Below, piece by piece: positions 1-54,900 of a stretch of 64,000 nucleotides of DNA. This DNA comes from Lama guanicoe (Eukaryota): positions 6,341,715-6,405,714 of the forward strand of contig MU056050.1 in assembly GCA_013239625.1 (NCBI GenBank), read 5' to 3'. The notes below the pieces were generated by a model. The model had not been told where the DNA came from, did no database searches, and saw only the letters and a list, made by a program, of their open reading frames with translations. The position numbers and the translations under genes were made by a program. Numbering within the stretch: position 1 is the stretch's first letter; the number at the start of each line of letters is the position of its first letter.

Positions 1-1320
1 TTTGTTCAAGTGGTCAGTTTCTTCTTGATTCAGTCTTGGTGGACTGTATGTTTCCAGAAACTTGTCCATCTCCTTTAGGTTATCCAGTTTGGTTCCATAT
101 AGTTTTTCATAATATCTTCGTATAATATTCTGTATTTCTATGTTATTTGTTTTAATTTCTCCATTTTCCTTTCTTATTTTGCTAATTTGTGCTCTCTCTG
201 TTTTCTACTTTGTGAGTTTGGCCAGAGGTTTGTCAATTTTATTTACTTTTTCAAAAAACCAGCTTTTGGTTTGATTGATTTTTTTCTATGCTTTTTTTTT
301 AATCTTTATTTTATTTATTTCCTCCCTGATCTTTATAATTTCCTTCCTTCTGCTGCCATTTGGGGTTTTTTGTTCTTCTTTTTCTAATTCTTTTAGCTGG
401 TGGGTTAGATTTTTTATTTGAGATTGTTCTTCTTTTTTCAGGAAGGCCTGTATCGCTATAAACTTCCCTCTTAGCACTGCCTTTGCTGCGTCCCATAAAT
501 TTTGTGTGGTTGTGTTTTCATTTTCATTTGTCTCAAGGTATTTTTGAATTTCAACTTTGATATCATCATTGACCCATTGGTTTTTTAATAGCATGTTGTT
601 TAATCTCCATGCTTTCCTTTTTTTCTCCTTTGTTTCTCTGTTGTTGATTTCTAGTTTCATGGCATTGTGGTCAGTAAAGATGCTTGAGATAATTTCTATC
701 TTCTTAAAATTGTTGAGGCTTCTTTTGTGCCCAAGTACATGATCAATCCTAGAGAATGTTCCATGTGCACTTGAAAAGAATGTATATCCTATTTTTGGGG
801 GGTGTAATGCTCTGAAAATATGCACCAAATCTAATTTTTCTATTGTGTCATTTAATTTCTCTGTTGCTTTATTTATTTTCTGTCTGGAAGATCTGTCTAG
901 TGATGTTAATGCAGTGTTAAAATCTCCGAGAATGATTATATTCCCATCAGTTTCCTCCTTTATCTCTGTTAGTAACTGTTTTATGTACTTAGGTGCTCCT
1001 ATATTGGGTACATATATATTAATGAGTGTAATAGCCTCATCTTGTATTACTCCTTTAATCATTATAACATGTCCCTCTTTATCTTTCTTTATGGCCTTTG
1101 TTTTAAAGTCTATTTTGTCTGAAATCAGTACTGCTACACCTGCTTTTTTGGCTTTTCCTTTTGCATGGAATATCCTTTTCCATCCTTTCACTCTCAATCT
1201 AAATGTGTCCTTCTCCCTAAAGTGGGTCTCTTCTATGCAGTATATTGAAGGTTCTTGCTTTATTATCCAGTCTGCCACTCTATGTCTTTTGATTGGAGCA
1301 TTTAGTCCATTAACATTTAC
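1..1320 (-). mobile_element. Young LINE-1 fragment, ORF2 endonuclease domain, 5'-truncated; continues beyond the window start
   Basis: Translates [19 protein letters not shown]...GDFNT...FSRIDH...TDHN...WRLNN; frameshift in the A-tract near 280-300 and an in-frame TAG near 207. Confidence 0.95.
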
Positions 1321-1361
1321 AGCTTACCCACTATGTGTAGAATAATATATCAAGACCTATA

Positions 1362-1447
1362 GGGAGGAGAGTAACAGCTCAGTGGCAGAGCACATGCACA
1401 AGGTCCTGGGTTCAATCCCCAGTACCTCCATTTAAAAAAATAAAAAG
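1362..1447 (+). mobile_element. tRNA-Ala-derived camelid SINE (Vic-1-like) with an internal deletion
   Basis: agctcagtggcagag (A box) ... gggttcaatccccagtacctcca (B box) followed by an A tail. Confidence 0.85.
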
Positions 1448-1523
1448 ATGCCTTCTTTAATAAAATAGGAACTCTGATGACTTGCAAAGAAAATGGACTA
1501 GGTCCTTGTCCTGAGCCTAGACC

Positions 1524-1705
1524 AATGGTCTCAAACTTTAACACACGAGCATCACCTGGAGGGCTTGTTAAAAACACAGATGTGGGACCCACTCCCAAAG
1601 TTTCAGAATGGATAAGTTTGGGGTGTGGCTAGGAATTTGCCTTTCTAACAAATCTCCAGGTGATGCTTATGCCACTGGTCCCGGGACCACACTTTAGAAC
1701 CAGTG
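1524..1705. mobile_element. MER5A-like hAT-Charlie DNA transposon
   Basis: gcatcacctggagggcttgttaaaaacacaga ... ggtcccgggaccacacttt motifs; terminal inverted ends. Confidence 0.75.
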
Positions 1706-1713
1706 ACCTAGAG

Positions 1714-2017
1714 CAGGGATCAGCCAGCTTCTTCTGTAAAGGGCCAGAGAGTAAATATTTCAGGCTTTGTGGGCCGTAAGGTCTTTATTGCAATAACTAA
1801 ACTCTGCTGCTGCAGCATGAAAGCACCATAAACAACAGGTAAATCATGAGCATGGTCAGCTTCTAATAAAATTTTCTGTATGGACATTGACATTCAAATT
1901 TCATGTAATGACATATTATCTCTTTTTTGACTTTTTCAACAATTAAAAAATATAAAAACCATTGTTAGGTCAAGGGTCATGCAAAAATGAGCATCAAGCT
2001 GTGTTTGCTGAGCCCTA
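1714..2017. mobile_element. MER58-like DNA transposon
   Basis: ttctgtaaagggccagagagtaaatatttcaggctttgtgggcc signature. Confidence 0.75.
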
Positions 2018-2039
2018 CCTGAGACTAACTATCCCAGGA

Positions 2040-3400
2040 AGACAAAGCAAACACAAGTGGAAAAAAGAGACATAACAGAGCAATAAATATGTGAGTAAGT
2101 GTTTAAGCTCGATAGCAATCAGGGCAATGCAAATGAAAACCACAGTGAGATTCTGCAATACCTCCACTAGAATGGCTGGGACTTTGAAAAGATGAACGAT
2201 ACCAAGAGTTGGTGAGGATGAGGAGCAGTGGGAACTCTCGTGTCATACAGATGAGGGTGCAAATTGTACAAGGACTTTGGAAATCAGTTTGGCGTTCTTT
2301 GCCAGAGCTGAACACACATGTACCCGATTGTGAAATGGAGAGAGAAACGGAGATGTGCCACCCAGATTTCCCTTCAAGGAAAGACATTCTGCGTAGATAT
2401 GGGGAATGCCATTAACAGATAGCCTCCAGCCGCCAGCTCCTTGAAGGTCTGCTTTAGCTGCAGAGAGTTGCTTTGCCCAAGGTCATGCTGTCCCAAAGAT
2501 GAATGAGCAATGCAGCCGTGTAAATGAGCGAGGCCTGACGCAGAACACACTGATGGGCACTACTTGTTCCAAAGCTCCACACCAAGTTGGTTCAAGCTTT
2601 ATCAGACTTGGATCACAGCCTGTCTTCTCCCTCTGCCCAATCCTAATTCCTCTGCCTTTCTTTTGCAGATGTTGGTCCTAATAAACATCTCGCACTCAAC
2701 ATCCCATCTCAGCTTTTGCTTCTGGAGAGTCCAACTGGTGACATCTTTGATCCAATAATTCCACTAAGATAATCTACCCTAGAGAAAATCATTCTTTATG
2801 TACACCAAAATCTATGTATGAGAACATTGACAGCAGCTTTTGTTTATTATCACTGAATACTGGAAACCACCCAAATGTCCATCAACAGGAGAATGAATGT
2901 GACATATTCATATGGTGGAATATTATACATCAGTGAAAATGGAGGCTTTATATATCTACATGCATGACATAATACTGAGTGAAATAAGCAAGATATAAAA
3001 GAGTGCATATTGTATGATGCCATCCATAGAAAGTTCAAAAACAGGCAAAAATATCTGTGGCTGCATTCATAATTGACAAAACTCTAAAGAAAAGCAAATA
3101 AATGATTACCACAGAAGGCAAGATAGTAGTTATATTCAGAGATGATCTTCAAAATCTTTAATGACTGATATGATTCAAATCCAATCAGACAGGAGCTTTA
3201 TACCTCATGAGAGTATGCTAGCTCTATACCAGCCCAGGTTTAATTCTGGGTGGGGGAAAAATGGGTGGTCAGAGAGAGAGGCACCTGGTTTGGGGGTGTC
3301 TTCCAAAATGCTAGCAGTGTTTGATTTCTTGACCTGGATAGAGGTTACATGGGCATTCACTTTGTAATAATTTGACAAACTGGACATATATATTTTATGA
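2040..3400 (+). mobile_element. Old L1 (L1M) 3' region interrupted by an LTR
   Basis: atgcaaatgaaaaccacagtgaga, ctggaaaccacccaaatgtccatcaacagga and aagttcaaaaacaggcaaa L1 motifs. Confidence 0.7.
2345..2743 (+). mobile_element. Solo ERVL-type LTR (LTR16-like)
   Basis: aataaacatc...catctcagcttttgcttctggagagtccaactggtgaca 3' end ending in CA. Confidence 0.6.
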
Positions 3401-6400
3401 ACCTTAGAAGAAGGAAAAATAGATATATTATAGGAATATATAAATAAATACTTTGTAAACGTTTACTTTAAAAAGTGTAACTGTAAAGCACTGGGGAGAT
3501 GGTGGAGGAGTAGAGATAAGAATGATCAGACCTCATGCAGAGCTCAGCCTGTGCTAGCTCATTGTGTGCTTGTTTATTCTGTAACAAAATGATACAAAAC
3601 AGACCTTGAGAAATTCCAAGAAGTTCTATAAGAGGTACACAGAGAGAAATGCTATTGTTCAGAAGAGGGAGCATTCTTTTCCAGCTGAGAGGTAACTGGA
3701 GAAAAGCTTCAAAGAGGGAGGACTATTTGAGGTGAGCAATGAAGAGCAGAGAGGGTTGCAGCAGGTACAGCTGCAGAGGAGGTGGGGGTGGGGGTGGGGG
3801 AAGACAGCAATACTAAGATGGGTGTAAGAATGAGTAGCATGTGATCAAGAAATTAGTCAAGTTGATTACAGCAGCATTTCCCAACGTGTTTTGCTGCTTA
3901 TCATCCTTAGGAAAATTCTAAATCACGCATTGGTTTTTATAAGGGCTACCTGTCTGTTGCACAGACTCCTATCAAATAACTATGGTGCTAGGTCCTGGGT
4001 GCTTGGTGCTCAGTATACAGCCGTAGCAAGACAGACAAGGTGGTGGAGTTTACACTGCCTATATCTGGACTTAATTTCTCTTTACTGGCACCATTCTTCC
4101 CAAGAGCAGAAAACAATCTAGACTTATCCATGTAAATTCAGTCAAGTCAAAGTTGTGTGTGTGTGTATTCCATGTTTAAACTCAGTCAGATTTAGGAGTT
4201 TCCCCTTCTCCCTCCTTCTTGACCATCACGTTGATTTTGAACTCCAGAGTTTATGTACGACTGAGATAGCAGTGGTGGGGAGGAGGTGTTCACTTCTTAG
4301 GCTCTTGATATATTCTTCACTGGCCTTCCCTGAGATGTCCAGTCACCCTGTCACCCATCCCTGCTGCCATCCGTTAAGGCAGCTAACTCCACATCGGGCC
4401 TCTAATGGCCCCGGTCCCTCCTGCCACCCAGTGCTGCTTCCCCTTGTTATAACCACAAGATTCCAGCTTCTAAGATTTCTTTTTCTACTCGCCTCCTTCT
4501 CAGCTCTGAGGCTCTTATCTTAGGATGGAGGGATGGGGTGAGGAACATAACATGTCTTACCCAGCAAGTATTCTTCCCAAATATTTCTGTCTTACACCCT
4601 GGACTGCGACATAAAACAGTAACCTAAAAACCAAGAGTATGTTCTGTCCTTCATTTGCGACATCTGCGTTGGCCTTGAGACCAGCCTCGTGTGTCACGTC
4701 CTGCCTCGAAAGGTCACAGGTTTGAGGGTAGAAGAGCACTTGGTTAATCTTTACAGATCAACCCATTAGATCCATCACAGTCTAGATGAAATGCCGCAAA
4801 TAGACAACTGCTTTCAAGACCTGACTGGAATTCTTGAATTTTGTGCTTTCAAAAATATTGGCTTGTTTACTTTAATAATATTTGTGTTTAACTTCTAAAC
4901 GATGATATTAGAGAGATGGTTTCACTTGGCAAATGTGGATAATTTTGATTCCTGCTAAGTGAAAAACTGACTTGACTTCAGCCATAACTCTATTTTCTCT
5001 TTCAGGGTTTTCAAAGTACCAGAGAAATAGCTATGTGCTATGTAAGAATTTTGATCAGATAAATGCAGCTTATGGGTCTGATGAATATCTCTTTGAGAAT
5101 TTGTAGAATTTTAATCATTTTTACGAGTCTGTATTTCAACATCAGCATCTCTTTGATTCTTTATGGTTATATGTTAAACAGCTTGTGACCAGTAAAAATA
5201 ACTTAACACTCTATAAAGGTCAAGACCAAGATAGCAAGTTAGAAGTATTCAGCTGGACGATCAAAGGAGTATCTGGGTCATGAGCATGCCCGCCTGCTTG
5301 CTACTAACCACTGCACTTGTTCAGTTCTTAAGGGAAATGCTGGGTCCGGCATAAGGTTTGTGAAGAGTAGTCTTAGGAGGTAACTCTGAAAAGGTTTGTT
5401 CAGTACAGAATCCTTTTTAATAAATTTGAACTCCAATTTCTGAGGGAAAGTAGGCCTGGGTGATGCCAGACCTGGCTATGGGATTTGTGAAGCAGAAAGG
5501 GGAGCCTGGTCAAGGAGAATGAAATGGAGGTGGAGGGTGAAGGGAATTAAGAAACTAGCCAGGACTGGAATAAAGCAGTGAAGGGAAGGTGAGACGTAGA
5601 GGGAGGAGGAGGGCCTTTAGGGCCTCAGGTGCCAAAGGAGACCAGCTCCCCTGCTCTGCCTGTCCCCTTCGAATGAGCCTTTCCCACCCCAAATTCTAGA
5701 AGGAATGAAAAGTAGAAATGGAAATATACAAGTACAAATGAGCTCTTCTTTATGCAGCTCTGCATGGAAGGCACTATCTATGTTGGATTTGTGTAGAATA
5801 AAAGCGAGGCTTTTCAACTAGTGGTGATTTAAAACTCAATGAATCATTTATGCCTCTGCTCAGCCTGCCTTCCAGCCTCTGGCTGCTGACTCACCTACGC
5901 GAAATCTTCCTCCCCAGACTCATCTATGTTAGCCAGGCCTTTGCAGGCCCTACGCTCTCTTGCTTGTGAAGACTTCAGCCAGCAGCGTATGAAACGTATT
6001 AAAATGCACCCCCATCCTGCATTAAAAATTTATATTTTTGCTATAAATTTTTGAAAGGGCTTTTGTAATTTTGCTCTTGAAATTATTGGTCTGTGCATAA
6101 CTAATTTCACTTATAATGGCTGTGATTTCTCCATAATCATTATGCATACTTAGAAATTCTTGGGAAGTGAGAAGATCCAACCTAAAAAATTGTCTTAGAA
6201 GACAATGGATTTTTTTAATAAAAGTGAAATTTAATAATTAATGAGCTTGATATAAAGTTATATTTTGTGGCCTTTTAATTAAATTATTATTTTTTAATTT
6301 TCCATTTTCTTTTCGTGTTTTATAGTATGTTTCTAAGAGCTCACTTTTTAAATTTCATCTCCAGAAAGCCTGTAAGTCCTAAGCACTTAGTTATAGTTGT

Positions 6401-6437
6401 TTAACGAATAAAAGACAGGCACTGAGCACCCATTTAC

Positions 6438-6439
6438 GT

Positions 6440-6477
<38 letters not shown>
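6438..6477. repeat. (TG)n microsatellite
   Basis: gtgtgtgagtgtgtgtgt... about 19 units. Confidence 0.95.
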
Positions 6478-6480
<3 letters not shown>

Positions 6481-7539
6481 TGGCGGAGAGGGGGTTGTGG
6501 TGATGGTGAGCGGTGAGACTTGTGTTTTCTCGAAGATAGAATTTCATTTATTTGAATTTTGTTCAAGGACCATTTAACTCTCTCCTTTGGATGCCTCATG
6601 TGTAAATACAAGCATAAGGCATAAGACCTTTATTCAGTTAGGCAAAATGCCATCTGATGAGGATAAGTGAGAATTACCAGAGCTAGACATTAAGGAATTT
6701 ACTATAGAATTGACAAAACTTGAGTTATGCGATATCAGACATGAAGGAGAAGCAGGGTTCACAGATATATCTGAAGTTTCAAACTTGATAACTAGTTAAA
6801 TCATAGTATCATTAGCAACCATAAGTAAGTCAGAAGGCAGTGGTGGATAAAATAATGATTGTAGCCAACTTACAGAAAATTACTTAACACATACAGAAGC
6901 ATGTAAGTAAGCATGATCCTGGAAGAGATTCTAAAAAAAGAGATACAAAACTTCGCTGCAAGATCAGATCAGGCCCAGGGAAATGATGAAATTAGTCAAG
7001 CTTGCCTTCATCCCCCTCTGCTGGCCCTAGGCTGAGTGGATACATATCTTTACCCAACTTTGACTCTGGGTCAGTATACATCCTAAACACCACTTCATGA
7101 CTCCCTCACCCCATGACCTTCAGCTCTGCCTGCTATACTAATTCCCAAGCCTACTGCACCTTCTTGGGATAGTTTCCCTACTCCTGATTTCCATCTGCCA
7201 AGTATTGCCAGAGAAAGTTACAGACCCATGCTGATGTGGACCACTACGGAAATCCACACCATCTGCCTCCAACTGAGCGCTCTCTGTTGCTCTAAAACCC
7301 TTTATTAACTTTTCTGGAATCTCTACCACTCTCCAACAGTGCCTGTTCCCCTCTCCTCTGCCTTATTCAAGTCCCCAAACCCTCTCCTCTCAACTTCAAT
7401 TTCATCAGAAATTTCATCAGATAAAATGTGATCATTCAGGTAGAGCAGTTACCATAGTGCCTGGCGCATAGTGGGTTCTAACTAAAATACTTACTGTTAC
7501 GATGGTTAGTATTGAATGAATGGCATAATGTGTTATTTG

Positions 7540-7770
7540 AAAATTTGGGCACTGGAGTCAGACAAACCTGAGTTTGAATCCTGATTCTGCCATTTACTAG
7601 CTAATAGGCAAGTTGCTAAACCTTTCTGAGTCTGTTTTCTCATTGTTAAAATGGTATCATATTACTACTTTACGGGGATTTAGTGAGAATAAATGAATGT
7701 ACTTGAAGCCATGAGGAGTGTGTCTGTCACATGAGTGTTCAATCTTAGGCACCAGGATTATTATTGTTGT
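7540..7770 (+). mobile_element. MIR SINE
   Basis: ggagtcagacaaacctgagtttgaatcctgattctgccatttactagct core. Confidence 0.75.
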
Positions 7771-8479
7771 CATTGGTAATAAAATATGCACTTACTACTT
7801 TAAAAAAAATCATCATCTCCCTTGTGAGAAACCACAGTTTTTAGTGTCCTCACCTTAATATAGTTCCATTTCTTCATAACCTCTTATTCTTTACAACAAA
7901 TATTTGAGTCCATCACTATCTGCTGGGCGCTGTTCTAGGTGCTGGGGAAACTGTAGCCTTGGAGGAAGAAATATCTCTCCTCTTCTCTAAGTTTGATTCC
8001 TCTATCTGCATCTTGGATCCTTGTCTTTTCCAATCACCAACGGATTTTTCTTGCAACCTTTCTGCCTCCCTCTTATAGTGTCTTAAATGTCCTCCTCTTC
8101 CTTGACTCCTTCTTTGCTTTAAAGTGGCTTCAGGTTTTGTCATACATTTCCATTTAATCCTTCTAACTAATGTAATTAAAATGGCATTTCGCTCCTTTTT
8201 ATTTCCAAACTTCTTCAAAACATGGTCTCTCTTCTCCATGTCCTTAGTATACAATCTCACCTCAATTCCCTGTAATCTTGTTCCTACTTATACCATTTAT
8301 TGAAACCATGGATTTCGTGGTCTCCAGTGGGCTCCTGACACATCCAGAGAAAGTCTCTCAGTCCTCATTTTCCTTGTCCTGTTTTCAGCATTTGATGTGG
8401 CTCTTATTATTTCTTTGTGTTTCTTTCTTTCTTTCTTTATCTTTATTTTTCTTTATTTTTTCCCATATTATTTATTTTT

Positions 8480-10440
8480 CATTTTCATTGATTGCAAACA
8501 TTTTCAATCAATCAAACAAATGCAGGAAAGCACATGGAATGACATTACCAATATCTGTACCCTCCACTCAGATCTATCAAGTCTGGCCACATCAACTTTC
8601 AATTGTGTTTAAAGAAATAAATATTACAGATGGAATTGATACTCCCTGTATGACCTTCCCCAGTCTCAGTCCTCTTGGATTTGGTGATGATCATGCTCTT
8701 TCAGGTTTTATATATTATTACTATTATATCTATGTAACCATAAGCAACATACAATATTTTCAGACTTTATTTAAAGGGTCTACTGTGCATGTTTTATAAT
8801 TTTCTCTTTAAGCTCAACATTATATTTTGAGTTTTAACTCTGTTTATACATATAACTTGAGTTATTCATTGTAATTTCAAAATAGTATTCAACTTCATGA
8901 ACACCATGATTTATTTATTCATTCACCTACTGATGGACATTTAATTTGCTTCCATTTTTTTAGATTAACAATAATGCTGCAATGAACATTCTTTTACATG
9001 TGTCCTCATGCACAAAGGTTAGAATTTTGCCCCGGTCTGTAGCTAGAAATGGAATTTCTGGGTATTACCTATACAACTTTCTTGTGCAATGTCAAATTGC
9101 TCTTCCTAGCAGTGCTTCCAATCTATACTCCTTCTAGCAGTGATCAGAGTTCTATCTGTTCTACATTCTCAACAACACTTGGCGTTGTCTGAATTTTTAA
9201 GTGTTTGTCAAACCATGTGTAATAGTATCCCATGGTTTTAATTTTCAATTTTCATGAATAGTAATGAAGTAAAGCATCCTTTCGTGTCTTTATGGGCCAT
9301 TTGAGTTTCTTTGACTATGAATTGCTTATTTATATATTTTGTCAGTTTTTCTACTAGGCTTCTTTTTTTCTCACTGATTTGAAGGGGTTCTTATACATTC
9401 TGGATATGAATTCATTCATTCATTCATTCATTCACTTAATCAATATTTTTCCAGCATCTACTCTGTTCCAGGAATGGTTCTAGGCACTGGGAATGCAGGA
9501 ATGAACCAAACAGACAAAAATCCCTGCCCTCACAGAACTTACATTCTAGTGGGGGATGGTAAACAAGAAACAAAATCAATAAGTAAAATAAATAGAATAA
9601 TGGCAAGTGATAAATCCTCTGGAGAAAAATTAGCAGGGAGGAGGGATAGGGAGAATGTGCATATGGGAGTGGGAAAGGAGATTGCTGAACTGCAGTTTTA
9701 AGAAAATTGTCTAGGAAGACCTCACTGAGAAAGTGTCATTTGAGCAAAGACCTGAAGGAGGTGAGAGTGCAGGCAGAGTGAGCAGCATGTGCAAAGGCCC
9801 TGAGGCAAGAGTGTGCCTGGAAAGTCATAGGAATAGCAACAAGCAGTGGGATTAAGCAGAGTGGGTTGGAGAGAGTGGTGAGAGAGGAAATCACAAAGGT
9901 GATGACAGTTAGATGTGTAGAACCTCAAATTAGCCCTTGTCAGTTATATGCATTGAAAATAACTTCTAGCAGTCTGTGGCTTGTCTTTCAACTTCTTTAA
10001 GTTGTCTTGAAGTGCATGTATTTTGAAATTTAATGTGGTTAATTGTGTCAATCAATTCCCTTATTGTTTTTGCTTTTTAGTGTCTTAAGTAATCATTCTC
10101 ATTCCCTATTCCAAAGTCATAATGATATTTTGCTATTTTCTTCTGAAAATTGTCAAGATTTGCTTTTCACACTTACATCTTTAGTCAACCTGAAATTATT
10201 TTTTTCTCTATGGTGTGAGGTAGGGATCTAATTGTATAATTTTCCACATGGATTATCAATAGTCCCAGCACCATTTAGTAGATAATCCATTTTCCCCCAC
10301 TGATTTGAAATGTCACATATGCTGCAAACCAACTTTCCATACACATATGGATCAGTTTGGTTCTATTGGTTTGTTTACCTGCATACCACACTGTCTTAAT
10401 TACTATAGCTTTAAAATCAGTCTTGATATATAGTCCATTG
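8480..10440 (-). mobile_element. Old L1ME-like fragments interrupted by an L2 piece
   Basis: tgatggacatttaatttgcttcca, aatgctgcaatgaacatt and tggtgtgaggtagggatctaatt antisense L1 motifs. Confidence 0.7.
9410..9925 (-). mobile_element. L2 3' end with (ATTC)n tail
   Basis: ttcattcattcattc...gttctaggcactggg...tgtgcaaaggccctgagg L2 motifs. Confidence 0.75.
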
Positions 10441-11216
10441 TAGATTCTTGAGCAAATGAAACGCAACTGAAACATTACTCTGGGAAGAATATTCTTATGA
10501 CTGTCAAGAGAGTAAAATGGTCAAAGGAGATATCACAAGGGCTTACAGTAAAGTGATGGCAGTGCAAATGGCGAGAAAACAAGGAATCTAAAAGTCATTC
10601 CAAAGAAGATATTAACAAGGCATGTTGGCTGATTGGATACAGAGAAGTTAGAAGAGAGGAAGGAAGTATATGGCTTTGAAGTTTCAAGCCTGGGTCGCTG
10701 TATGAAATAACGATGAGTTAGTCTTGTCATTCAGTGCTGGGGTAACAATGGGTTATATTAGGCAAGGGATCTGGGCCAGGGATATATATGGCCTTTGCTT
10801 GCTTAGAGGTGACCTTGAGAGGGCCAAAGAAAGAGCAAAGGTTTGAGCTTTGGGGATTTTTCCAATTTATGGGATGGAAGGAAGGAGGGGGGCACATCGG
10901 AGAGGTAGCCAGCACGGTGCATTCGATTAACCATAATAAGGATTTTTTGAATGGATGACGTGGGTCCTACTAGCCCCAACACTTTTGAGTTCCCGCATAG
11001 GTATGACTGCTTTGTTTCCATGGCAATCTTCAAAGTCCCCAGAACAATTCTAGTGTCACAGGCCGCACTGAAAACGTATTACTTGCTGGACGTGGTGGTA
11101 ACGCCCCCGGTCCGTCGGGTCTCTCCCTGCAGTTCCGCAGGTTGGCCGCAGGGGGCGGAATCTGCGGCGGCCTGGAAAACTGGCGGGGGCGGGAGGCGCC
11201 GCTCTCTCTCGGGTCA

Positions 11217-11288
11217 GGCTCCCGGTTCCCGGCTCTCGGCTCCCGGCTCCCGGCTCCCGGCTCCGGCTCCCGGCGCCCGGCGCCCGGC
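11217..11288. repeat. Imperfect (CCCGGCT)n heptamer tandem repeat
   Basis: ggctcccggttcccggctctcggctcccggctcccggctcccggctccggctcccggcgcccggcgcccggc. Confidence 0.85.
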
Positions 11289-11404
11289 ACGGAGCCGTTA
11301 CCCGAAAGACGCGCAGCCGAGGCGAGGGGGTGTGAGGACGCGGGAGGCAGTGTCGTCGGATCCGCCCGCAGTCCGCAGCCCCGCTGAGCCTGGAAGCCGC
11401 CGGG

Positions 11405-54900
<43,496 letters not shown>

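Noticed and set aside
845..1345. 166-aa hydrophobic + strand ORF
   Set aside because: It is the antisense shadow of L1 ORF2.
8278..8799. 173-aa ORF with a transmembrane-like stretch
   Set aside because: Derived from a T-rich tract and antisense old L1 sequence.
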